Positions 1 through 9,529 of a DNA stretch of 64,000 bases are shown here, piece by piece. The DNA is taken from contig JAZNSH010000014.1 of the NCBI GenBank assembly GCA_045591115.1, positions 14,769 to 78,768 of the forward strand, in the 5' to 3' direction. The translations under genes and the position numbers were made by a program. Origin of the DNA: Clostridia bacterium (GTDB taxonomy: Bacteria > Bacillota > Clostridia > Christensenellales > QALW01). The notes under the pieces are model-generated. The model worked only from the letters and a program-made list of their open reading frames with translations, ran no database searches and was not told the DNA's origin. Position 1 is the stretch's first letter. Every line of letters starts with the position of its first letter.

Positions 1-1374
1 TGATTTAACCATAGATGCACGTCTACGAACTTCTTCATGGGGAACAAGCTCACTTCTCTTAACAAAATCATCCCATTCAAGGCAACCATCCATATTAAAG
101 CCTACGGAAATAACGTTTCTCAAGAAAGGCAATGCTTTTGAATAAAGTGGTTTACCCGGTTCTGTATTCTTAAGCTCAGGACAAAGCTCTTCAATGATTG
201 CCTTATAATTTGAATCCTTACAATCCTCTATCATCACAAGAGTATGTGTATCTGACTGCCTTAAAAGATACTCTGCCTCGTGAATTTTATAGGCAGTATT
301 TACAGTTACCAAAACTGCACCAATCTTAACCGTTGCCCAGAAAGTCAAAAACCACTGAGGAACGTTCGTTGCCCATATTGCAACGTGATGACCCGGCTTT
401 ACACCCATTGAAATAAGAGCTGCCGCAACATTATCAACGTCATCACGGAACTCGGAATACGTCCTTGTATAATCAAGAGTCGTGTATTTAAAAGCATACT
501 GATCTGGGTATCTTTCGACCATAGTATCAAGAACCTCGGAAAAGGTTATATCAAGAACATCATATTTTTTCCAAGGAAAGGTTCCTGTTTTTGCGCGGTT
601 ATAATAAATTTCCTGCTGTTTTTTTGCCTCGCTGTTTTCCATAAAGCTGACAAAATGAGTTAATACAATATCGGGATCAAGAATTTCATCATTCCACAAA
701 GCACAAACGTAGCCATCATAATTAAGGCTTTTGAGCGCATTTACAAAATCCTTTACAGGAAGCTCGCCCTCGCCCATAAGGACATTTTTATCGCCCTTTT
801 TATCGCCTATACGAACGTATTGTATATACGCGCCTAAGGTTTGTATAGTCGTATCTGCCGCCTCGTTTGCGTTAAAATATGTTTCACGGATATTCCAGGA
901 AACACCGATAACTGCATTACTGAAAATGTTTATAACCTCAAGCACCTTTTTTGTGTCAGAAAGAACGCCATCTGTTTCAACAAGAATTGAAACGTTATAT
1001 TTTTCAGCAACTTCAATAGCAGGCGCAAAAATATCTTTTATTTTGTCTTCTTCAAAGATATTTTCAAAAGACACGCATACTGCAGGTATGCCCGCCATTG
1101 AAGCCATTTCAACGGTTTTTTTAAGCATCTGAGCATCAGTATTTTCATTAACCTTTTCAGAAATCGAAATTACACTTACACCGATATGTCGATTTACAAG
1201 CTTACGCTTTGAAGCGTTTACAGTTGCAGAGTGAAATAAACTGTCCTCGAAATGTTTTTTATCGAAAAAAGCATCAAAAATCTCAAAGCCGTGAAAACAG
1301 TATTGGCTTGTTATATTACAATATTCCAAAAACGAATTTGCCGTTACGTTTTTAGTTGAAAAAGCAAGTTTCAT
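1..1374 (-). CDS. Partial CDS running off the left edge. It fuses an N-terminal xylose-isomerase-like TIM barrel (sugar phosphate isomerase/epimerase family) to an AMP-dependent synthetase/ligase domain.
   Basis: ATG at 1374, one nt after the stop of the upstream gene. My translation reads MKLAFSTKNVTANSFLEY...GEGELPVKDFVNALKSLNYDGYV (TIM-barrel style), then YPDQYAFKYTTLDYTRTYSEF...GVKPGHHVAIWATNVPQW...VNTAYK (acyl-CoA synthetase N-terminal motifs). Open to position 1; absent from the ORF track because it is incomplete. Confidence 0.6.
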   Translation of the reverse strand, partial: MKLAFSTKNVTANSFLEYCNITSQYCFHGFEIFDAFFDKKHFEDSLFHSATVNASKRKLVNRHIGVSVISISEKVNENTDAQMLKKTVEMASMAGIPAVCVSFENIFEEDKIKDIFAPAIEVAEKYNVSILVETDGVLSDTKKVLEVINIFSNAVIGVSWNIRETYFNANEAADTTIQTLGAYIQYVRIGDKKGDKNVLMGEGELPVKDFVNALKSLNYDGYVCALWNDEILDPDIVLTHFVSFMENSEAKKQQEIYYNRAKTGTFPWKKYDVLDITFSEVLDTMVERYPDQYAFKYTTLDYTRTYSEFRDDVDNVAAALISMGVKPGHHVAIWATNVPQWFLTFWATVKIGAVLVTVNTAYKIHEAEYLLRQSDTHTLVMIEDCKDSNYKAIIEELCPELKNTEPGKPLYSKALPFLRNVISVGFNMDGCLEWDDFVKRSELVPHEEVRRRASMVKS

Positions 1375-1375
1375 A

Positions 1376-2740
1376 TTAATTTTCCTCGTAAACGATTTTA
1401 TTAAGCGCATTAACATATGCACGGATACAAGCACCTACAATATCTGTAGAAACACCGTTGCCCGAATAAAGCTTGCCGTCAGCACGAAGGCGGATAATTG
1501 ATGAACCAACTGCTTCTCTGCCTTTTGTCACGGATTCAACCTTGAAATCATCAAGCTCATAATGATGACCGATAATCTGTTCAATAGCGTGGAATGAAGC
1601 ATCAATAGGACCATCCCCCGTAGCAACACCGGAAAGCTTTTCTCCGTCTTTTTCAAGAATAATACTTGCAGTTGCAGTAATAACATTACCGTTGTTAACT
1701 ACATAGCTTACAAGATGATATGTTGAAGGAACCTGCATAGCACTCGTTGCAATAATTGCTTCAAGCTCTTTTGCACCAATCAAACCGCGTTTTTTTGAAA
1801 CACGCATAAACTCTTCATAAACCTTGCCGTTGTCTTCGCTTGAAAGCTCATAGCCGAGCTTCTGTGCAGCATTCTTAATATCATCTATCGTGGCATTTTC
1901 ATCAAGGCCGGATATAAGCTTTTCTTCTATATTGATTTCCTGAAGGTTTTCACTTTTCTTATTAATTTCGGCAACAGTTCTGTGAATTTTTGTGATATCA
2001 AGACCGGACATAATGCCAAAATCATTTCCTCTTGCTCTGATAATATCTGCAAGCACATCAGCCCTGAGCCATAATCCAACATTTGAGGTAACAATGCCTT
2101 CAGCTCCTGCTTTAATAGCTTCAACAGCACAAGCTGCCGCCATTTTAAGGGCATCAGATGGCTGAACCATTACGGAAATAATCTCTTTAAGTTCCGAAAC
2201 AATATCAAAAATTTCGTTAGGAAAAGCAATGCCTGCATCATCAACAATGGTAATTGCCTTTGCTCCCGCTTTCTGCGATGCTAACGCGCATTCTTTTAAA
2301 AAACCATTCTCTGCACGGGTAGCGTCCTTTAATGTAATATAAACTTCATCTGTATATTTCTTTGCTTCCGCAATAATCAATGAAATTTTATCAAGCATTT
2401 TATTTGCTTTAAGATGATACTGATATTCCATCTGCACCGTCGAAACAGGTACAACAACTTGAATTGCTACGCTTTTACCGTCCTTAACAGAGTTATATGC
2501 ACTTTCAACACCATTAACATCGTTAACAGAAACAGTAACCTTTGCATTTTCAACGCTTGTTGCGATAGTACGATATACGATAGCGTTTTCTTTTTCATTT
2601 AGTAACGCAGGTAGAATAATATTATCAAAGCCCGCGCCATCAATTGATGCGGCAATATTAAGCCTCTCTCTGAATGTGAGTGTTGCCTTTTCTTCAGCAA
2701 CAGCAAAAAGTGTGTTGTCAAAAACTGCAATTTTCTTCAT
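1376..2740 (-). CDS. 2-isopropylmalate/citramalate synthase (LeuA) family paralog. The catalytic motifs are degenerate but the C-terminal LeuA-dimer regulatory domain is retained.
   Basis: 454 aa. N-terminus FDNTLFAVAEE sits where LeuA has DTTLRDGEQ. SVMVQPSDALKMAAA sits where LeuA has HxHNDxGxAxAN. The C-terminus GDGPIDASFHAIEQI...GREAVGSSIIRLRADGKLYSGNGVSTDIVGACIRAYVNALN is a typical LeuA allosteric domain. Confidence 0.6.
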   Translation of the reverse strand: MKKIAVFDNTLFAVAEEKATLTFRERLNIAASIDGAGFDNIILPALLNEKENAIVYRTIATSVENAKVTVSVNDVNGVESAYNSVKDGKSVAIQVVVPVSTVQMEYQYHLKANKMLDKISLIIAEAKKYTDEVYITLKDATRAENGFLKECALASQKAGAKAITIVDDAGIAFPNEIFDIVSELKEIISVMVQPSDALKMAAACAVEAIKAGAEGIVTSNVGLWLRADVLADIIRARGNDFGIMSGLDITKIHRTVAEINKKSENLQEINIEEKLISGLDENATIDDIKNAAQKLGYELSSEDNGKVYEEFMRVSKKRGLIGAKELEAIIATSAMQVPSTYHLVSYVVNNGNVITATASIILEKDGEKLSGVATGDGPIDASFHAIEQIIGHHYELDDFKVESVTKGREAVGSSIIRLRADGKLYSGNGVSTDIVGACIRAYVNALNKIVYEEN

Positions 2741-2754
2741 AAAACTGCCTCCTT

Positions 2755-3005
2755 AAAAAAATAAACCCGCAAAGATACATTATATCTTCGCGGGATGATC
2801 AACAAATTTTTTGACCACGGTACCACCCGTATTGCTCAAATTTTGAGCCACTCAATAAGGTTCAAACAAACCCTTGTTCTGTTACGGGAACTCCCGAAGC
2901 CTCTTACTGAAATTCCGAGGCCCTGCTCCGATACGAGACAACGAATATACCGCCTATCGTTTTACACCAACCAACGACTCTCTAAAAGCGCAAAATACAT
3001 ACGTT
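2755..3005 (-). promoter_or_regulatory. T-box riboswitch leader (tRNA-sensing antiterminator) upstream of the LeuA-like gene
   Basis: The minus strand carries AGAGAG (2978-2983), GGTGTAAAA, and the T-box sequence AATACGGGTGGTACCGTGG (2815-2828 region). A terminator hairpin CCCGCGAAGATATAATGTATCTTTGCGGG (2766-2794) plus T-run follows, then the RBS AAGGAGG and the ATG at 2740. Tentative specifier CUC (Leu) at 2937-2935. Confidence 0.75.
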
Positions 3006-3161
3006 TAATATCCTCATAGCATTTGCCATTTAATTTTTTTATAATAATATAACAAAATGCCCCATCTGTCAAACGATTTTTATAATATTTTTCTAAAAAT
3101 TTCTCATTTTTTCTATGAATATGAGATAAAAAGTTGTATAATACAAAAAGGAGATGATTTT

Positions 3162-4028
3162 GTGATTAAAAAAACAAAAATAAAAAAAAGGCATATAGTT
3201 TTATGTGTTTTTGCCATTTTACTTATCGTAGTTATAATATGGATCACTTGGGGAAATAAGGCTCTTGAGTTAAATAATTTTTCTGTATTTTATGAAAATC
3301 TGCCTGAAAATTTTGACGGTTTCCGCATTGCCCACGTTTCAGACCTGCACAACACAAAATTCGGCAAAAATAACGAAAAACTTATTTCTATGCTAAAAAA
3401 TGCAAAACCCGATATTATTGCCATTACAGGTGATATCATTGATTCCTACAACACCGATATTTCCGTTGCAGTAGATTTTGCAAAAGAAGCAGTAAAAATT
3501 GCACCTTGCTATTACGTTACGGGTAATCATGAATCGCGAATAGATGAATTTGATGCTTTAAAAAAAAGTTTGACCGATTCAGGCGTTATATTTCTTGATG
3601 ATGAGAAGGCGGTAATTGAAAGATCAGGTGAATATATTACAATTATTGGCGTAAATGATCCAAGTTTTCAAACCGACTATCTGATGGGCGATTCAAAAAC
3701 TGTTATGGAAAACACACTAAAAAATTTTGAAACCGATTCCTTTACACTTTTATTATCACATCGACCTGAACTTTTTGACGTTTACGTTGAAAATGGTATT
3801 GATCTTGTTTTATCGGGACACGCTCACGGCGGACAGTTCAGATTGCCGTTTTTCGGTGGCGTGTTTGCCCCAAATCAAGGCGCCTTTCCTGAATACGACA
3901 GCGGTATTTATACAAAAAACGAAACTAACATGTGCGTCAGCCGAGGTATTGGAAACAGTATAATTCCTTTCCGTATAAATAACCGTCCCGAAATAATTCT
4001 AATAGAACTAAAAACTCCGCAGAATTAG
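3162..4028 (+). CDS. Membrane-anchored metallophosphoesterase (calcineurin-like, YkuE-type)
   Basis: Probable GTG start at 3162 behind AAAGGAG (3147-3153); the track ORF from 3057 is likely over-extended. One N-terminal TM helix. Motifs HVSDLH, GDIID, GNHE and GHAHGG. Confidence 0.7.
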   Translation: MIKKTKIKKRHIVLCVFAILLIVVIIWITWGNKALELNNFSVFYENLPENFDGFRIAHVSDLHNTKFGKNNEKLISMLKNAKPDIIAITGDIIDSYNTDISVAVDFAKEAVKIAPCYYVTGNHESRIDEFDALKKSLTDSGVIFLDDEKAVIERSGEYITIIGVNDPSFQTDYLMGDSKTVMENTLKNFETDSFTLLLSHRPELFDVYVENGIDLVLSGHAHGGQFRLPFFGGVFAPNQGAFPEYDSGIYTKNETNMCVSRGIGNSIIPFRINNRPEIILIELKTPQN

Positions 4029-4048
4029 TTTTCTGCGGAGAATTTTTT
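4015..4048 (+). terminator. Rho-independent terminator, probably bidirectional
   Basis: CTCCGCAGAA-ttagtt-TTCTGCGGAG followed by a T-run. It lies between convergent genes. Confidence 0.7.
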
Positions 4049-4611
4049 ATAAAGTTTTTGCAGTTTCTAAAATAATATTGACAACTTGCTTTGCGCAAGC
4101 ATCAATCCCTTTTTCCGTTAAATGTATCTTATCGCTTTCAAGAATGTACTCTTCAATATTGGGATAAACAAGAGAATGTAAGTCGTTTATAATAACTCCC
4201 ATATCCTTTAATATAGGAACTATTGCATCGTTATATTCCTTAATAAGTTCATTATCTGTATCAGGATTATCGAAACGGACGGGAGTTATAGTTGCGAAAA
4301 TAACCTTGTCAGCCTTTTTTAAAAGAACCTTTGCAATACGCGTCATATTCTCAACATATTCGTTTATGGGGGGTTAATGGTCCGTCACCCCAGTTGTTTC
4401 CAACATCCCAAAGACCGTTGTTCCAATGAATAATCCGTGAGCCTTCCATATCACTTTGCCAAGCTCTTATTGCTTGCAGAGTATATTTAGAAAATCTGCA
4501 GTTTTCTACAGGTTGATAAACTTCAAATTCTTCACCTAAAAGTGCGGGAACTTTTGTACCGTAACCGATCTGTCTGATTGAATCACCTAACAAAGTAATT
4601 TTCATCTTCAA
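4047..4611 (-). pseudogene. SGNH/GDSL hydrolase split into two ORFs by a frameshift in a C6 (plus-strand G6) homopolymer
   Basis: ORF 4351-4611 carries GDS (block I) and NNGLWD (block III). ORF 4047-4346 carries DKIHLT (block V). Removing one C from the run at about 4368-4373 reads ...PLTPINEYVENMTRIAKVL... across the gap. Confidence 0.65.
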
Positions 4612-5402
4612 ATCTCCTTCAATAAATATAACGCATTTTTATATGCGATTTTTTCTTTTTGGGAATAAGTAAGGTCAAGCTCCATAAAGGCTTCTGCCTC
4701 TTTTTTAGGATCCCAAATGGGAAAATCGCTGCCGAAAAGCACACGGTCTGCCCCATATCCGTTGATATAATATTCCATTTTGCCTTTTTCCATAAACATA
4801 TGGCTTGAACAGATATCAACAAAGCAATTTGTATTTTTCAAAAGTTCCAATGCCTCATCAAAAAGCATCCAACCGCCTAAATGTGCGCCGATTGCCGTTA
4901 ATTTGGGGAAATTATCTAAAACTCTTTTTAATCTTCTTGGATGGGAATAGTCATATCTGGGATCACCGCAATGGATCATTATAGGCAGTTTACCTGAAAT
5001 TTCTTCATACATCGGAAAAAGACGTTCATCATCAATGTTAAAACGCTGTGTATCAGGATGAATCTTAACGCCTTTAAGTTTTTTATCTTTTATAAACTCA
5101 ATTTCACCTAAAATATCGGGCATATCAATATGAATGGTGCCAAAGCCGTAGAGCTCTTTATGAATTTCAAGTTCGTGTAACGCGGCTTCGTTTACGTGGC
5201 GGACAGTTTCAGCCTTTAATGCAACGGGCAGAATAACAAAATTTTCAATGCCCGCTTCTTTTCCGCAGGCAATAAGCACCTCGCTTGTGCCCACCATTCC
5301 GCCTAAGCCTTCTTTTAGACCGTAAAAGCCAATAACGTTTTCCGTTGCCTTTTGTGCAATTTTTTGGGGATATACGTGTGTGTGAAAGTCAATTATCTTC
5401 AT
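4608..5402 (-). CDS. Amidohydrolase-2 family metal-dependent TIM-barrel hydrolase
   Basis: 264 aa. The N-terminus IIDFHTHVYP is typical of this family. There are 4-nt overlaps with both neighbours. Confidence 0.55.
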   Translation of the reverse strand: MKIIDFHTHVYPQKIAQKATENVIGFYGLKEGLGGMVGTSEVLIACGKEAGIENFVILPVALKAETVRHVNEAALHELEIHKELYGFGTIHIDMPDILGEIEFIKDKKLKGVKIHPDTQRFNIDDERLFPMYEEISGKLPIMIHCGDPRYDYSHPRRLKRVLDNFPKLTAIGAHLGGWMLFDEALELLKNTNCFVDICSSHMFMEKGKMEYYINGYGADRVLFGSDFPIWDPKKEAEAFMELDLTYSQKEKIAYKNALYLLKEI

Positions 5403-6205
5403 AAGTTAATCTCTTTAAAACCGTTTAAAGTAAGAATGCTTCTTTTTTTGAAACCTATTTTTTTAGCCAAAGTTTCGGCATCAGAAAAATAGCAATTCAA
5501 AAAGTCTTTATTGTGGCAATCGCTGGTAAAAATAATTTTGCCGTTTTTATTTTTTATCATCTGTAAAATATTTTCAGATGGATATGGTGTTGTTCTGTAA
5601 CCGCGGGCAATGGCACCGGTATTTATTTCAAAAGGAATATCATATTTAACAAGCTTATTTACGGCATCTTCTGCAAAATACAGATATTTATCGCTTTCTT
5701 TAATATTTTTGCGCTCAAAGTTTTTTGAAATAAGGTCAAAATGCCCGATTATCTGACAGTTTGTTTTATCAACAACCGTTTTTACGTTTTCAAAATATTC
5801 TTCGGCAAACTTAAGAAACTCACCTTTATAAATTTCATTTACAACAAAATCAAACTCTTCCATAGACCCGTCAACGTTATAGAATTTATTATCTTTAATA
5901 ACGTAATGGGTTGAGCCGATAGCATAGTCAAAATAACCGATATCATCATCGGAAATAATATCCTGCTCAATTCCGCAAAGAATTTCGATCTTATCTTTAT
6001 ATTTTTCTTTTAGCGCGGTAATTTCCGAAAAATATTTTTTTGTGTTTTCAGGTGACATACAGTACGAACTTTCCTTCCTTGTATGCCCGTGTCCCGAAAA
6101 TCCCAAATAATCAAAATTAAGTTCAATAGCTTTTAAAACCATTTCTTCGGGAGAATTTTTACCGTCGCAAAAATGAGTGTGTGTATGATAATTTTCTTTT
6201 ATCAT
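5399..6205 (-). CDS. hisJ: Histidinol-phosphatase, PHP (HisJ/HisK) family
   Basis: 268 aa. YHTHTHFCDG N-terminus and GFSGHGH. Located at the end of the his operon and overlaps hisIE by 4 nt. Confidence 0.7.
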   Translation of the reverse strand: MIKENYHTHTHFCDGKNSPEEMVLKAIELNFDYLGFSGHGHTRKESSYCMSPENTKKYFSEITALKEKYKDKIEILCGIEQDIISDDDIGYFDYAIGSTHYVIKDNKFYNVDGSMEEFDFVVNEIYKGEFLKFAEEYFENVKTVVDKTNCQIIGHFDLISKNFERKNIKESDKYLYFAEDAVNKLVKYDIPFEINTGAIARGYRTTPYPSENILQMIKNKNGKIIFTSDCHNKDFLNCYFSDAETLAKKIGFKKRSILTLNGFKEINL

Positions 6206-6849
6206 TGCATTTTTTCCTGTTTAACCTTATGGTCAATTATGTGACGTGAGCCAAGTTCTTTCTGAATATCTTTAACGGAAATGCCCATATCTACCATCAA
6301 AACCATTACGTGGTATGCAAGGTCGGCAATTTCGTAAATGGTTTCCGCCTTATCGTCAGCCTTACCTCCAATAATAACTTCGGTGCTTTCTTCGCCAACT
6401 TTTTTCAATATTTTATCTCTGCCCTTTGAGAAAAGATACGTTGTATAAGAACCTTCGGGCATATCTTTTTTTCTGCCTTCAAGGAGTTTATATAAACCTT
6501 CCATTGAAAATTCTTCTTTATCTTCAGCATGATAAACTTCGTTAAAGAAGCAGGAATCTTCGCCCGTATGACAAGCAGGGCCTTCCTTTTCAACAACAAC
6601 CGTTAAAGCATCATTATCGCAATCGGCAGTAATGGAAACAATGTTTTGAAAATTTCCGCTTGTTTCGCCTTTGCGCCAAAGTTCTTGACGTGAACGTGAG
6701 AAAAAGCAAGTTCTTCCCTCTTTCATAGAAATTTCAAGGCTTTCCTTATTCATATAAGCAACAGTAAGCACTTTTTTAGAAAAAGCGTCAACAACAACTG
6801 CAGGAATAAGCCCCTTTTCATCAAATTTAAGTTCATTTATATCAACCAT
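6202..6849 (-). CDS. hisIE: Bifunctional phosphoribosyl-AMP cyclohydrolase / phosphoribosyl-ATP pyrophosphatase
   Basis: 215 aa. GLIPAVVVD...FFSRSRQELWRKGETSG...DCDNDAL (HisI) followed by a HisE-like C-terminus. Confidence 0.9.
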   Translation of the reverse strand: MVDINELKFDEKGLIPAVVVDAFSKKVLTVAYMNKESLEISMKEGRTCFFSRSRQELWRKGETSGNFQNIVSITADCDNDALTVVVEKEGPACHTGEDSCFFNEVYHAEDKEEFSMEGLYKLLEGRKKDMPEGSYTTYLFSKGRDKILKKVGEESTEVIIGGKADDKAETIYEIADLAYHVMVLMVDMGISVKDIQKELGSRHIIDHKVKQEKMQ

Positions 6850-6851
6850 TT

Positions 6852-7610
6852 TTAAAGCCTCACTTCAATGTTATTTTTCTTTAAGTCTTTTTTAAGATCC
6901 AAAATATCAATTTCTCCGAAATGGAACACAGATGCCGCAAGACCTGCACTTATCTTGGGAACTTTTTTAAACAGATCAATAAAATCTTCCGTTTTACCTG
7001 CGCCGCCTGATGCAATTACGGGAACATTTACAAGATCACAAATTTTCTCAAGCATTTCAAGATCAAAGCCTTGTTTAACACCATCAGTATCAATGGAGTT
7101 TACTACCACTTCGCCTGCACCCATATCAACACCGCGCTTTACCCATTCTAAAGCATCAATATTTGTGTTATCTCTGCCACCGCGTGCAAAAACTTTAAAT
7201 TTGCCGTCAACACGCTTAATATCGGCAGATAAAACAACACATTGACTGCCGTAACGCTTTGCCGCATCTTCAATAATTTGAGGATTTCTTATTGCCCCTG
7301 AATTTACGCTTACTTTATCGGCACCGCAATTAAGAACTCTTTCAAAATCATCTATCGTGTTGATTCCGCCGCCTACCGTAAGGGGAATAAAAATATTTTT
7401 TGCGCACTCTTTTAAAATGTCGGTAAAAATCTTTCTACCGTCACTGGAAGCGGTAATATCGTAAAAAACAAGTTCATCCGCACCTGATGAAGAATAAAAT
7501 TTTCCAAGTTCAACTGGTGAGGAAACATCCCTTAACCCCTCAAAATTTACGCCTTTAACAACTCTGCCGTCACGAACGTCAAGACAGGGAATAATTCTTT
7601 TTGTCAGCAT
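6852..7610 (-). CDS. hisF: Imidazole glycerol phosphate synthase cyclase subunit
   Basis: 252 aa. KRIIPCLDV..GRVVKG, ADELVFYDI and GGGI motifs. Confidence 0.92.
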   Translation of the reverse strand: MLTKRIIPCLDVRDGRVVKGVNFEGLRDVSSPVELGKFYSSSGADELVFYDITASSDGRKIFTDILKECAKNIFIPLTVGGGINTIDDFERVLNCGADKVSVNSGAIRNPQIIEDAAKRYGSQCVVLSADIKRVDGKFKVFARGGRDNTNIDALEWVKRGVDMGAGEVVVNSIDTDGVKQGFDLEMLEKICDLVNVPVIASGGAGKTEDFIDLFKKVPKISAGLAASVFHFGEIDILDLKKDLKKNNIEVRL

Positions 7611-8320
7611 CCTGATACCTCCAACGCCTTTTTAAGGTCTATTGCGCCGGTATAATAAGCTTTGCCGATTATTGCGCCATAAAGATTCATTTCCTTTAAA
7701 GCGATAATATCATCAATGGAATTTACTCCGCCTGAAGCGACAATATCAATTTTAAACTTTTGGGAAAGGTCTTTATACATTTGCCGATTTGTGCCAAGCA
7801 TTGTGCCGTCCTTTGAAATATCTGTGCAGATAACTGTCTGAACGCCAAGATTTTCAAGCTTTTTGAAAAAATCATCGCAAGTTAAATCTGCAGTTTCCGT
7901 CCAACCTTTAATTGCAACGTTACCGTTTAAAATATCAGCACCAACCGCAACTCTTTCGCCGAATTTTTTAACGGCTTCTTCTAAAAACACGGGATCCTTT
8001 ACCGCCGCAGTACCTAAAATAACACGCATAACGCCTGCATCAAGATACTTTTCAACAGTTTCCATTGAGCGTACTCCCCCGCCGATTTCGGCTTTAAGTC
8101 CCGATTCCTTAACAATTCTCTTTACGGTTTCTATATTGGGAGTATCACCGTTTTTTGCTCCTTCAAGATCAACAATGTGAATATATTCACACCCTGCATC
8201 TTTAAATTTCTTTGAAACCTCCCAAGGTTCTTTGGAATAAACGGTCATTTCTTCATACTTGCCCTTATAAAGGCGAACTGCCTTACCTTCAAAAAGGTCG
8301 ATAGCAGGAAAAATCAACAT
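7604..8320 (-). CDS. hisA: ProFAR isomerase
   Basis: 238 aa. IFPAIDL..GKAVRL, and position between hisH and hisF. Confidence 0.9.
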   Translation of the reverse strand: MLIFPAIDLFEGKAVRLYKGKYEEMTVYSKEPWEVSKKFKDAGCEYIHIVDLEGAKNGDTPNIETVKRIVKESGLKAEIGGGVRSMETVEKYLDAGVMRVILGTAAVKDPVFLEEAVKKFGERVAVGADILNGNVAIKGWTETADLTCDDFFKKLENLGVQTVICTDISKDGTMLGTNRQMYKDLSQKFKIDIVASGGVNSIDDIIALKEMNLYGAIIGKAYYTGAIDLKKALEVSGC

Positions 8321-8330
8321 AAAATAAACC

Positions 8331-8942
8331 TCACTTAACTAAAGCAAAACTTTTTAAAATCTTAAGTCCCACGTCTCCGCTTTTTTCGGGATGGAACTGA
8401 CAGCCGAACACGTTATCTTTCTCTACTGCGGCAGTAAATTCAATGCCGTAATCAGACGTTGCAATAACGTTCTTTTTATCGCAATCGGCAAAATAAGAAT
8501 GAACAAAATATACGTAATCGCCATTATTAAGATCTTTAAATATAGGCGAGTCGTTATATAACTTCAATGAGTTCCAACCTATTTGAGGAATCCGCAAGTC
8601 TTTATCTATTCTGCCCGCAAAGGGAACTATTGAGCCTTTTATTAGTCCAAGCCCCTTGTGAACACCAAACTCATAACTTTCATCGAACAAAAGTTGCATA
8701 CCAAGACAGATTCCCATTACGGGCTTTCCTTTTTTTACTTCATTAAACAAAACTTCTTGCATACCGCTTTCATTTAACTTTTTTGCCGCATCGCCAAATG
8801 CGCCTACACCGGGAAGAATGATCCTATCACAGCCATCAATTATTTTTTCATCATTGGTAACTATAGCATCTTCGCCTATCGCCTTAAAAGACGATTTTAA
8901 GGAAAACAGATTTCCAACGCCGTAATCAATTATTGCTATCAT
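8331..8942 (-). CDS. hisH: Imidazole glycerol phosphate synthase glutamine amidotransferase subunit
   Basis: 203 aa. IAIIDYGVGNL, PGVGAF, GICLGMQ and FHPEKS. Confidence 0.92.
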   Translation of the reverse strand: MIAIIDYGVGNLFSLKSSFKAIGEDAIVTNDEKIIDGCDRIILPGVGAFGDAAKKLNESGMQEVLFNEVKKGKPVMGICLGMQLLFDESYEFGVHKGLGLIKGSIVPFAGRIDKDLRIPQIGWNSLKLYNDSPIFKDLNNGDYVYFVHSYFADCDKKNVIATSDYGIEFTAAVEKDNVFGCQFHPEKSGDVGLKILKSFALVK

Positions 8943-9529
8943 TATAAAACACCTTTAGTTGATGGAATTTCGTCCTTAAAATCTTCGTTAATTTTTACAG
9001 CCTGAGCCATTGTCCGTGCAAAAGACTTAAAAATACCTTCAATTATATGATGCGTATTTGTACCATCAAGTTTTTTAATATGTAACGTTAAATTTGCATG
9101 GCGAACAAATGCGTAGAAAAATTCTTCGCAAAGCTCAGTATCAAAATCGCCAACGCGTCTTTGAGGCATTTTAACGTCAAAATTGAGGTATGCTCTGCCT
9201 GAAATATCAACAGCAGTTAAAATAAGCGATTCATCCATAGGAAGAATTGTGCTGCCGTAACGATAAATGCCTTTCATATCACCTAATGCTTCGGAGAAAG
9301 CCTTACCTAAGCAAATTGCAATATCTTCAACTGTGTGGTGATAATCAACAAAAGTATCCCCTATACAAGTAACCTCAAGATCAAATCTTCCGTGCTTCGC
9401 AAAAAGAGTAAGCATATGATCAAGAAATCCACAACCTGTATCGATTTTGCTTTCACCCTTGCCGTCAATATTTAATTTTAAGGTTATATCTGTTTCCTTT
9501 GTTTTTCGTTTAATAAATGAAGTTCTCAT
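8942..9529 (-). CDS. hisB: Imidazoleglycerol-phosphate dehydratase
   Basis: 195 aa. RKTKETDI..., GFLDHML and HHxxE motifs. Confidence 0.92.
   Translation of the reverse strand: MRTSFIKRKTKETDITLKLNIDGKGESKIDTGCGFLDHMLTLFAKHGRFDLEVTCIGDTFVDYHHTVEDIAICLGKAFSEALGDMKGIYRYGSTILPMDESLILTAVDISGRAYLNFDVKMPQRRVGDFDTELCEEFFYAFVRHANLTLHIKKLDGTNTHHIIEGIFKSFARTMAQAVKINEDFKDEIPSTKGVL

Noticed and set aside
731-1132. The 133-aa plus-strand ORF.
   Set aside because: It is a shadow ORF antisense to the well-supported minus-strand TIM-barrel/ligase gene, with a low-complexity S/I/F-rich translation.
3057-3161. The upstream extension of the metallophosphoesterase ORF.
   Set aside because: No RBS precedes 3057. 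GTG 3162 has AAAGGAG at the proper spacing, and the extension would precede the signal-anchor helix with non-homologous sequence.
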